Assembly: GCA_041310895.1 (NCBI GenBank)
Contig: JBFYWT010000002.1
Span: 1 to 35,524 of the forward strand
Length of the DNA stretch: 35,524 nt
Direction of reading: 5' to 3'
DNA from: Desulfobacteraceae bacterium
GTDB taxonomy: Bacteria > Desulfobacterota > Desulfobacteria > Desulfobacterales > SpSt-501
In this document: positions 16,099 to 24,178 of the stretch, piece after piece
Layout of the letters: each line of letters starts with the position of its first letter
Numbering within the stretch: position 1 is the stretch's first letter
Program-made: the position numbers and the translations under genes
Notes under the pieces: model-generated
Databases searched by the model: none
What the model was told of the DNA's origin: nothing
Seen by the model: the letters and a program-made list of their open reading frames with translations, nothing else

Positions 16099-17900
16099 GA
16101 ACGCTGGAACGACAGGCGGCTGCCCTGAAGGCCCTGGGGCGGATGGAAGGGCTCACGGCCGAGCTCGCGCGTTTCAAGGCCGGGTTGGAAGGCCTCCCCT
16201 TGTGGCTGCCCGCCGCCGGGCTCAGCCGGCAGTGTGCGGAGGCCCTGGCGATGATCGATCGCATCGCCCGGCGGATCGACCGCAGCCTGGTGGTGACGGT
16301 CATCGGCCCTTCCGGCTCCGGGAAATCGACCCTGGTGAACGCCCTCGCGGGGGGGGCAGCGATCTCCCCGGCGGGGCACGATCGACCGACGACCCAGAAG
16401 GTGGTGGTCCTGGGCCGCGGCGGCGAGGATGCCGTGGAACTCGGCCGGGAGCTCGGCGCCGATGCGCTCGATCTTCAGACGATTGAGGACGGGCGGCTGC
16501 CGCCCGGGGTGTGCCTGATCGATACGCCGGACACCGACAGCACGGCGAACCGGCGCCACCTGCCGATGCTGGAGCGCGTCGTGGCCCACTCGGATGTTTT
16601 GATCTGCGTGTTCGACGCCGAGAACCCCAAGCGTCGGGACCATGCGGACATCCTGGGCCCGATCGTCGGGCGCTTCGACGGCGAGTCCCTGGTGGTGGTG
16701 CTCAACAAGTGCGACCGGCTGGATGAAACCGAGCTGCGCGAGAGGATCCTGCCGGACTTTCGCGACTACCTTCACGCCGCCTGGGGCGGGGCCGTCGACC
16801 GGGCGCTGTGCGTCAGCGCCCGCCGCCACCTGCACGACCCGGCCTGGGATGCGGCAGCGGGGCCGCGCCACGGGTTCGACCAGTTCGTCGATCTCACCCG
16901 GATCGTGTTCGGCGAGATGGGCCGAAGCGGGTTTGCGGTTGACCGCCGGGTCGAGAACGCCGGCCGCCTGCATGCGGTGGTGCGCGAGGAGATTCGGCAC
17001 GAGCTCGCCGCCGATCGCGACACCCTGGAGGAGGCCGAGCGCCGTCTGGACCAGGCCTGGGCCGATGCCGCGGCCGCGGCCCTGGAGGCACTGCGCGGCG
17101 GCAACCTCCGGCTCCCGCCGGGACTGGGGGCGGCGGTCTACCAGCAGCTTGCCCAGCGCTGGGTGGGGCCGGTCGGGTGGGTGGTGGCCCTCTGGGCGCG
17201 GTTCCTCGGCGTCGGCAGTGGGATCGCCTCTTTCCTGCGCCTCAGCCGGCCCCGCTCCCGCCGGAAGCCCTCCTTTGCCGGCTCCGGCCCGGTGCCGTTG
17301 GACGAAAGTGTTGGGCCGGAGATGCCCGACCCCGGCCGGTTGGACGCAGCGCTCGACGGCTTCCGCCTGGCCTTGCTCCGGCGCTGGGCGGATGCCGCGG
17401 AGATGCTGGTGCGGAGCCGTTTCGATCCCGCGGTGCGCGGGGTGGAAACGGCCGGCGCCTATGTGGCGGCGATTTCCGGGCCGTTGGCATCCTTGTGGTC
17501 ACGGGCCCTCGCGGACGAGGTCTCCGAAATTCCCCGGCGCCTTGGCGGATTCTGGCTTCAATCCTTGTTGAACGCCCCGCCGGCCGGCCTGATCGGATAC
17601 GTGGGGTGGGTGACGGTGGTGAGTTTTTTCCGGGGAGACTATCTCAGCGGCGGTTTTTTCGTGCACGCCTTCTGGCTGATCGGCATCGCACTCGCCCTCA
17701 GCTTCTGCCTGCTCCAGGTGCTCATCCGGCGCCGGCTCGATCCCGACCGGGTCGCCGCGCGTGCGGCCCACCGCATGGGGCGCGCGCTGCCGCCCGCGGC
17801 GGGCGAGCCGGTCACCGAGGTGAGCCGGCAGGTGCGCACCGTGCGGGAGATGGGGGCGGCATTATCCGCTACGGCGCCCGGCGGCATGCCTTCCAGGTAA
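16095..17900 (+). CDS. Dynamin-like / P-loop GTPase 2 with two C-terminal transmembrane helices
   Basis: 601 aa. ATGA overlap with the upstream gene. GPSGSGKSTLVNALAG (16305), DTPDTDS (16521), NKCD (16704-16715). C-terminal FWLQSLLNAPPAGLIGYVGWVTVVSFF and FFVHAFWLIGIALALSFCLLQVLI. Confidence 0.85.
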   Translation: MRTLERQAAALKALGRMEGLTAELARFKAGLEGLPLWLPAAGLSRQCAEALAMIDRIARRIDRSLVVTVIGPSGSGKSTLVNALAGGAAISPAGHDRPTTQKVVVLGRGGEDAVELGRELGADALDLQTIEDGRLPPGVCLIDTPDTDSTANRRHLPMLERVVAHSDVLICVFDAENPKRRDHADILGPIVGRFDGESLVVVLNKCDRLDETELRERILPDFRDYLHAAWGGAVDRALCVSARRHLHDPAWDAAAGPRHGFDQFVDLTRIVFGEMGRSGFAVDRRVENAGRLHAVVREEIRHELAADRDTLEEAERRLDQAWADAAAAALEALRGGNLRLPPGLGAAVYQQLAQRWVGPVGWVVALWARFLGVGSGIASFLRLSRPRSRRKPSFAGSGPVPLDESVGPEMPDPGRLDAALDGFRLALLRRWADAAEMLVRSRFDPAVRGVETAGAYVAAISGPLASLWSRALADEVSEIPRRLGGFWLQSLLNAPPAGLIGYVGWVTVVSFFRGDYLSGGFFVHAFWLIGIALALSFCLLQVLIRRRLDPDRVAARAAHRMGRALPPAAGEPVTEVSRQVRTVREMGAALSATAPGGMPSR

Positions 17901-17915
17901 GTTAGGCTTTTTTTC

Positions 17916-17988
17916 TGTGGGAGCGGCATCCTGCCGCGATCATCGTGGCTGGAAGCCACTCCCACAAAAGCTGAACTTACTTGCTGAC
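17916..17988 (+). repeat. Copy 1 of a ~52-nt near-perfect palindromic (REP/MITE-like) element plus a conserved 3' flank
   Basis: TGTGGGAGCGGCATCCTGCCGCGAT-C-ATCGTGGCTGGAAGCCACTCCCACA (17916-17966): about 25-bp arms with 3 mismatches and 1 G-T pair. The second copy is at 29685-29755. Lies in the convergent gap after the GTPase 2 stop. Confidence 0.7.
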
Positions 17989-18030
17989 GAACCGCTGCCG
18001 TAGGCAGCGTGCAGCGCTTCCAAGAACCGG

Positions 18031-18429
18031 TTAGGGTTTCACGACGAACGCTTTTGACCCCAGCACCTCGCCCGCCTCATTCACAACGTCCACCCGCCAT
18101 TCACCCGAGGTGACGTTCTTGATGCTCCAGTAGCGTCCCGCGGGGTAGTTCACGGTCAGCGGCACTTCCAGGAGCCTCTTCCCTTCCCGGTGCCACACGT
18201 GGCGTACGGTGACGGGGGGGGATTGGGCTGCGATTTTGGTCCAGCACACCACCCGGGATGTGGCCGCGTCGAATTCCCCGGCGACTCCCACCGGCATCCG
18301 GGCGTCGACCCCGGTGGCGAAGACCATCTCCTCCACCGTGATTTTGCCCGCAGCGGCAAGCGCCCCTGCCGCGATGGCCACGACCAGTCCTGCCACGCCG
18401 ATGACCATTAGAGAACGCGCCTTCATCAT
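18031..18429 (-). CDS. Small membrane-anchored protein with a DUF2914-like C-terminal domain
   Basis: 132 aa. N-terminal anchor MMKARSLMVIGVAGLVVAIAAGALAAAG. C-terminal V.CWT.I.......V.HVWH.EGK......L.V....RYWS.K.V..GEWRVDVV.E.GEVLG...F.V, which matches my recollection of the DUF2914 signature. Confidence 0.55.
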   Translation of the reverse strand: MMKARSLMVIGVAGLVVAIAAGALAAAGKITVEEMVFATGVDARMPVGVAGEFDAATSRVVCWTKIAAQSPPVTVRHVWHREGKRLLEVPLTVNYPAGRYWSIKNVTSGEWRVDVVNEAGEVLGSKAFVVKP

Positions 18430-18541
18430 GAATCCTCCTATCAGTTAGTTTGCGAAAAGACTCAGCCTTACATCCGTTTCAGTATACTACCAACGTGGCC
18501 GCCCATCAAATCCTGGTTCGTTCGATAATGGGTCTGGGAGT

Positions 18542-18569
18542 TTGGTCTCGGATGTGATAGCATTATAAA
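18542..18569 (+). promoter_or_regulatory. Candidate sigma-70 promoter for the 18672 gene
   Basis: TTGGTC (18542-18547), 16 nt, TATAAA (18564-18569), in an AT-rich patch. Confidence 0.3.
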
Positions 18570-18671
18570 ATTGCTGTTTAACGCACGCCGAACGGGCCGA
18601 GGGCCATCGTGCCCGACCGGCCGAAAACAGACGCTCTTGAACCGAACGGCACTACGAACGCGAGGCCGGAC

Positions 18672-20483
18672 ATGCTGCATCAACCGCACACATTCCATAT
18701 CCCCGTCATGGGCACGGGGTTCACCATCGACACCCCCCTGAAGGTCGCCCGCTACGGGATCTCCTCCGTCATCTCTCTCGTGGACGACATTCTCATCGAG
18801 CAGGTGCGAAAATTTCACTGCGACCGGCTGGGCGAGCCCTTCGAGCCCATCGCCGAGGATGAGGAGGACTGCCGCGCCCGGCGCATCACCGCCTATCTGG
18901 ACCTGGTGGACCGGCGGGTGCGGCGGCAGGTGGCGGAGCTGCAGGCAGCGCCGTTCGAGGAGGGCACTGAGATCACCCGCTACTTCCGCATGCTGCCCAA
19001 CGGTGAGCTGAAGGCGGCCTACGATCGGATGCTGGCGGCCCGCGGTTCGGAGCGGGCGCGCCTGCAGGCGGAGCTGCGGCCCCTGGCCGTGCCGGGGAGC
19101 ATCGACGTCAACATCATGACCAAGCTCGACGGCGACACGTTTCGCAACGGGCACAAGCTCGCCCCGGAATTCTCCCACGCGCTGGCGGCCCTGCGGGGTT
19201 TTGCCCGCAGCACTCTGAAATCCGCCATCGTCTTTTCAGCCGGGATCAACCAGCGGCTTTACAGGTATGCCGCGACCTTCGAGGACTTCTTCCCCGATGC
19301 GAACGGCCATATCATCAAGACCATCATCCTGAAAGTCAGCGATTTCCATTCGGCCGAGGTTCAGGGCAAGTTTTTGGCCAAGCGCGGGCTGTGGATCTCC
19401 GAGTTCCGGATCGAGTCGGGGCTCAACTGCGGCGGGCACGCCTTCGCCACCGACGGACACCTGCTCGGGCCGGTGCTCGAGGAGTTCAAGCAGCGGCGCA
19501 CCGAGCTGACCGGCACCTTGCGGGAGAGCTACCTCAAGGCGCTCGACGCCCAGGGCCGGCCGGTATCCTGGGCGCCGGGCGAAACCCGGATCACGGTGCA
19601 GGGCGGCATCGGAACGGCGGAGGAGAACGATTTCCTGGTGCGGTACTACCAGTTGAACGGCACCGGCTGGGGCACGCCGTTTCTGCTCGTTCCCGAGGCA
19701 ACCAACGTGGATCGGGCGCAGATCGAGAAGCTGCTCCATGTCCAGCCCGGAGACGTCTATCTCAGCGACAGCTCCCCCCTGGGGGTTCCCTTCTGGAACC
19801 TGCGGACCTCGGCCAGCGAGGAGAAGCGTCGCCGGCTGGCCACCGACGGCCGCCCCGGAAGCCCTTGCCCGAAAGGCTATGCCGCCTTCAACACCGATTT
19901 CAGCGAGATACCGCTTTGCATCGCCGCCCGCACCTACATTCGGCGCAAGCTCGGCCAACTGCCCAAGGAGGGGCTTTCGGCCGAGCAGGAGTCCACCCTG
20001 AGGGAGAGCGTGCTCGCCAAGTCCTGCCTCTGCAACGACTTGGCGGGGGGGGTGGCGCTCAACTACCACCTCGACGACGACGCCACTCCGGCTGTCTGTT
20101 GCGGGCCCAACATCGTGAACTTCTCCCGGCTCGCTTCCCTGGAAGAGATGGTCGGCCACATTTACGGCCGGTTCAGCCTGCTGGCCACGAGCGACCGGCC
20201 GCACATGTTCGTCGAGGAGATCCGGCTTTACGTGGAGCATCTGCGCAAGGAGGTGTCCCGCTTTTCGATCGGGCTCTCCCGCCGACCCCAGGGCTACTTC
20301 AACACCTTTAAAGCCAACCTGCTGAGCGGAGTGGACTACTACCGGGAGCTGGCACGCCAGTTCCTCGAGGAGAGGCGGGGGCGGTTTCTGGAGGAACTGG
20401 AGTGCATCCGCCGTGAGATTGAAGAGGTTCTCCTGCCGTTGCCGATCGCGATCGAGGCCCAAAATAAAATAGCGTGCCGATGA
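18672..20483 (+). CDS. Large conserved-looking hypothetical protein (possible FMN/TIM-barrel-like core plus a Cys-rich C-terminal region); family not recognised
   Basis: Track ORF 18609..20483. Preferred start is ATG 18672 (GAGG 6 nt upstream), giving MLHQPHTFHIPVMGTGFTIDTPLKVARYGISSVISL. Internal ESGLNCGGHAF and VQGGIGTAEEN.FL..Y.LNGTGWGTPFLLVPEAT. C-terminal cysteines in SPCPKG, PLCIAA, KSCLCNDL and AVCCGPN. Confidence 0.75.
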   Translation: MLHQPHTFHIPVMGTGFTIDTPLKVARYGISSVISLVDDILIEQVRKFHCDRLGEPFEPIAEDEEDCRARRITAYLDLVDRRVRRQVAELQAAPFEEGTEITRYFRMLPNGELKAAYDRMLAARGSERARLQAELRPLAVPGSIDVNIMTKLDGDTFRNGHKLAPEFSHALAALRGFARSTLKSAIVFSAGINQRLYRYAATFEDFFPDANGHIIKTIILKVSDFHSAEVQGKFLAKRGLWISEFRIESGLNCGGHAFATDGHLLGPVLEEFKQRRTELTGTLRESYLKALDAQGRPVSWAPGETRITVQGGIGTAEENDFLVRYYQLNGTGWGTPFLLVPEATNVDRAQIEKLLHVQPGDVYLSDSSPLGVPFWNLRTSASEEKRRRLATDGRPGSPCPKGYAAFNTDFSEIPLCIAARTYIRRKLGQLPKEGLSAEQESTLRESVLAKSCLCNDLAGGVALNYHLDDDATPAVCCGPNIVNFSRLASLEEMVGHIYGRFSLLATSDRPHMFVEEIRLYVEHLRKEVSRFSIGLSRRPQGYFNTFKANLLSGVDYYRELARQFLEERRGRFLEELECIRREIEEVLLPLPIAIEAQNKIACR

Positions 20484-20611
20484 GCCCGCCAAGGGCTTTT
20501 CCGGTCGAAACCGGCATCCGGCGGCAGCGAGGGAAATCACGTCGACCCCCTCGTTCAGCACAGGCTCCCGGGGACGCAGCCAACGCGGCCGGCCGGAGTC
20601 GGGTGCGTTCA

Positions 20612-21115
20612 TCATTTCTCGGCCTTGAATACCGCTTCAAACCAACGGATGGAATCCTCGCCGGCGATGCCCAGGCGCCGGGCGACGGCCGGGGAGAAGA
20701 TTTTGAAGGCGGCGGTTGCGCGGGCACAGACCTCGCCGGCGGCATCGATCAGAACGGCCTCGGTGACGGCGTCGTTTTTGCCGTCGGTCCGGCTCACGCG
20801 ACCCTCGGCTCGCAGCGCCTGGCCGACCTTCGCCGGTTTGATGAAATCGACGTTGATGCGGCGCGTGAGGGCGATGCGTTTGAGCAGGAAGATGGCCGCC
20901 CAGCTCATGATCTCGTCGAGGATCGTCGTAAGGACCCCGCCGTGGACGATGTGGCTCCAGCCGCACAGGTGCTCCGGCACCGCCACCTGGGAGTAGACGG
21001 CGCGGCCGTCGGTAAAAAAACGCATGCGCAGGCCGGCGGGATTGGCCGGGCTGCAGCCGAAGCAGTTATGGTTTGCGTTGCGGGGCAGCTCTCTTAGAAG
21101 GGGCGGTGTCGTCAT
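20612..21115 (-). CDS. PaaI-family hotdog-fold thioesterase
   Basis: 167 aa. N-terminal NHNCFGCSP.NP.GL...F, then GW..IVHGG...T.LDE.M and a hotdog core. Confidence 0.75.
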   Translation of the reverse strand: MTTPPLLRELPRNANHNCFGCSPANPAGLRMRFFTDGRAVYSQVAVPEHLCGWSHIVHGGVLTTILDEIMSWAAIFLLKRIALTRRINVDFIKPAKVGQALRAEGRVSRTDGKNDAVTEAVLIDAAGEVCARATAAFKIFSPAVARRLGIAGEDSIRWFEAVFKAEK

Positions 21116-22565
21116 GGTTCGGGTAGATCTGGTCGAAAAGGTTGCGGGCCATGCCCTCGTCTAGTTTTTGCAGAATCCTGTACTGATCCAGCGCTCCGGG
21201 CGTATCCCCTCGATTCAGCATCGCGGTTCCCATGGCGTGATGGGCGGGGGCGAAGTCCGGGTCCACGCGGATCGCCTCGCGATAGGCCTCGATCTCGTCC
21301 CGGGGCCGGCCCAGTTTGTTCAAGGCGGCGCCTATGGCGTGATAGGCCGGGGCATAGCCCGGGTTGATCCGGATCACGATTTTCTGCGCTTCGATCGCCT
21401 CCTTGAACCGCCCCAACCGGATGTAGGCCAAGCCGGCGTTGTAGTGGGCGGGGCCCGCTTCCGGATTGATCCGGATCACGGCTTCGAAGGCGTCCTTTCC
21501 TTCGGCATACCGGCCGACCTCCACGCAGACGAGTCCCAGGTTGAAATAGGCGGCTTCAAACAGAGGATTGATGGCCAGTGCCTCACGGTAGCCGGCGATA
21601 GCCTCATCGTAGCGGCCGATCCGGCTGTAGAAGTTCGCCAGGCGGAAGCGGGACACTTCGTCCCCGGGGTTGGCCTGCACGGCCTGCCGGAAGGCGGCAA
21701 GGGCCTCCTCCGTACTGTCCAGACCGGCGTAACACGAACCCAAACCGCTCCACGCCTCGGCGTCGGTCGGATCCGCTTGCGTCGCCTTGAGGAAATGCTC
21801 CAGCGCCAGCCGGTCTTCCCCTTCGATCGAAAACCGAAATCCCTTCCGGCACAGCTCCTCGGCCACCCGCGGTTTGCTGCCGAGGTGGGCGAAGGTCCAC
21901 TCCGATACCGACATGGGCTCGGCGAAGGCCTTCAAGGCCATGATCTGCCGGGCCGTCACCGCGAAGTTGAGGTTCTGTCCTTGAACGAACTGGAAAGTGG
22001 CGATGCCGAGCACCTGGCCCTTGGCGCTGAGTACGGGGCTTCCGCTGGAGCCGGGGGAGATCGGAGCCGACATCTGAAACACCGGGCCGATGACGGGGAT
22101 CTCGCGCAGCGAGGAGACGATGCCCTCGCTGACGGTCTGCTCCAGCCCCATGGGGCTGCCCACCACGACGACCCGCTCGGCGATTTCCGGGAGCCGGCCG
22201 CTCACGGGAATCCACGCCACCTCATCCGCCGGAATGTCCACCTGGAGCTTCAGCAGGTCGGCGGCTTTGTTCTCGGCCACAACGGCCTTGACGGGGTAGA
22301 GCTTGCCCTTGTGGGTGCGGACGCTGGCCGCGTAGTTGCCGCCAAGCACATGGAAGTTGGTGACCAGATGGCCGCGGGGGCTGACGAAAAACCCGGTCCC
22401 GATTCCGGAGATGTGGTTCTGCACGTCGTAAGCGACCAGCGTTACCACCGCCGGCTGGATTTTTTTGACCAGGCGGGTCAGTCCCGGATCGGCCGCGACG
22501 GAAGGGGTCGTCGACAGGAATGCAACAAGAGCGATGATGAGGCTGCAACGCACGTTCATGACCAA
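21066..22565 (-). CDS. Secreted trypsin-like (S1C/DegP-type) serine protease fused to a C-terminal TPR repeat domain
   Basis: 499 aa with a signal peptide. Protease blocks GTGFFVSP.GHLVTNFHV, AADLLKL, GSPMG and SPGSSGSPV. The second half has about 6 TPR-like repeats (A..GLG.CY...D..EEAL.AF..A...NP...). Confidence 0.8.
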   Translation of the reverse strand: MVMNVRCSLIIALVAFLSTTPSVAADPGLTRLVKKIQPAVVTLVAYDVQNHISGIGTGFFVSPRGHLVTNFHVLGGNYAASVRTHKGKLYPVKAVVAENKAADLLKLQVDIPADEVAWIPVSGRLPEIAERVVVVGSPMGLEQTVSEGIVSSLREIPVIGPVFQMSAPISPGSSGSPVLSAKGQVLGIATFQFVQGQNLNFAVTARQIMALKAFAEPMSVSEWTFAHLGSKPRVAEELCRKGFRFSIEGEDRLALEHFLKATQADPTDAEAWSGLGSCYAGLDSTEEALAAFRQAVQANPGDEVSRFRLANFYSRIGRYDEAIAGYREALAINPLFEAAYFNLGLVCVEVGRYAEGKDAFEAVIRINPEAGPAHYNAGLAYIRLGRFKEAIEAQKIVIRINPGYAPAYHAIGAALNKLGRPRDEIEAYREAIRVDPDFAPAHHAMGTAMLNRGDTPGALDQYRILQKLDEGMARNLFDQIYPNHDDTAPSKRAAPQRKP

Positions 22566-22642
22566 GCCCGTATCGTCGGATTTAAACCACTAAGCAGAGG
22601 TACCATAGATACGAAATCGGCTGATTTCAACCGGGAGCGGCG

Positions 22643-23800
22643 TCACCGGGCCTGGTCGATGATCGACTTGACGTCGGCGGGGGTCAGGTCGACGGGGTTG
22701 CCGCGCATGCTGCTGGCCGCAAGCGACTTGGAGGCCAGCTCGGAGAGATGCTCGGGGCCAAAGCCGTAAGCGGCCAGGGGCGGCAGCGCCAGCCGGTGGC
22801 ACAGGTCCCGGAGCCAGGCGGCGCCCTCCTCGGCGCGGGCGGTTTCGGCATCGGTCAACAGCCGGGCGGCTTCGTCGAAGCGCCGGAGCAGGGCTGAGCC
22901 GGGTTGGCGGGTCTTCACGATCGCGATGTTGGCCGCCGTCACGAAGGGCAGCAGTCGGCCGCACACCGCGCCATGGGGAGCTGCCGGGAACATACCCCCG
23001 AAAGGTCCGGCGATGCCATGCACGGCCCCCAGTCGGGCGTTGGCGAGGGCAAGCCCCCCGCATAGACTCGCAACGCACATGTCTTCACGCGCCGAAGGGT
23101 TGCCGCCGTCGGCGACGGCGGCGGCCAGAGAGCGGCCCGCCCGGCAGAGTCCCTCGCGGCAGAATCCGTCCGTCAGCGGATTGGCGTTGCGGCTGACGTA
23201 GGCTTCCAGGAGCTGGGTCAGGGCATCCAGGCCCGTTGCGGCCGTGAGCGCCGGGGGCATGGAATAGGTCAACTCCGGGTCCACCAGTGCCAGCCGGGGG
23301 AGCAGGAAGGGGCTGCGCAGGCTGACCTTGAGACGGTGCGCCGGCGACCCCAGAACGGCGTTGCGGGTCACCTCCGCGCCGGTGCCGGCCGTCGTGGGCA
23401 CTGCCACGAAGGGAGCGCCGGGGCGCTCGAGCGGCCGGGCCCGGCCGATGACTTCGAGGTACTCCAGCAAATCCCCCCCGTTGGTCATCAGGGCGGCGAT
23501 CGCTTTGCCCGCGTCAATGACGCTGCCGCCCCCGATGCCTACGATCACCTCGCAGCCGGAATCCCGCGCGAATTCGATCCCGGCTTGCACGAGCGCCGTG
23601 GTCGGCTCGCCGCTTACCGGAAACAGACGGCAGGTGACGTGGTGCTGGTCCAGGCAGCGGCGGAGGCCCGCTGCGCGTTCCGGCCGGGTGCCGGTCAGGA
23701 CCAGCGCGCGCCGCCCCAGCTGGGCAACCTCGCTGCCGATTTTTCGGGCGGCGCCCACGCCGAACACGATCCGATGCGCGGTGGCGAACTCGAATTCCAT
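22643..23800 (-). CDS. Iron-containing (group III) alcohol dehydrogenase
   Basis: 385 aa. GIGGGSVIDAGKA, F.AVPTTAGTGAEVT.NAV and downstream His-containing blocks (GAVHGIAGP). Confidence 0.85.
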   Translation of the reverse strand: MEFEFATAHRIVFGVGAARKIGSEVAQLGRRALVLTGTRPERAAGLRRCLDQHHVTCRLFPVSGEPTTALVQAGIEFARDSGCEVIVGIGGGSVIDAGKAIAALMTNGGDLLEYLEVIGRARPLERPGAPFVAVPTTAGTGAEVTRNAVLGSPAHRLKVSLRSPFLLPRLALVDPELTYSMPPALTAATGLDALTQLLEAYVSRNANPLTDGFCREGLCRAGRSLAAAVADGGNPSAREDMCVASLCGGLALANARLGAVHGIAGPFGGMFPAAPHGAVCGRLLPFVTAANIAIVKTRQPGSALLRRFDEAARLLTDAETARAEEGAAWLRDLCHRLALPPLAAYGFGPEHLSELASKSLAASSMRGNPVDLTPADVKSIIDQAR

Positions 23801-23850
23801 GCCGCCAGAGTAGCATTCCGGTGGGTGTTATTCAAACCGGCTTCGGCCCA

Positions 23851-23890
23851 GTGACATTTTTTGGACAGGCCGGTGACAAAAGGTGTCACC
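23851..23890. promoter_or_regulatory. Three GTGACA/TGTCAC half-sites (candidate operator) in the ADH / LOG divergent region
   Basis: GTGACA at 23851-23856. GGTGACA-aaagg-TGTCACC at 23872-23890. These sit 50-90 nt upstream of the ADH start codon (23800, minus strand). Confidence 0.25.
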
Positions 23891-23963
23891 ACGTGCTTGT
23901 GCCAAGAAGCGGTTTTGGCCATAACCTATTGTATGCGATATTAAAAAATATTTTCGATGCGGG

Positions 23964-23979
23964 TGGCATGAAACTTGTA
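23964..23979 (+). promoter_or_regulatory. Sigma-54-like -24/-12 element (imperfect)
   Basis: TGGCATGaaacTTGTa against the consensus TGGCACG-N4-TTGCW. Spacing is correct, with two mismatches (C6T, C15T). About 200 nt upstream of the LOG gene. Confidence 0.25.
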
Positions 23980-24178
23980 ACAATAGACCTCAAACTTCTC
24001 GGATGCGCGTGCATCTTCCCCGACGAGCTCTCTCAACCACTGCTGACTGGAGGATTGCATCGTCAGGAAAAAACGGCATCACGGGAAGTTTTCTTTTTTT
24101 CCCGCGGTTGCATCATTGCCTGCCGATTTGGTACACTGTCTTTCAACCTGATGTGCTCCCCCGCGCAGAGGATGGCCG

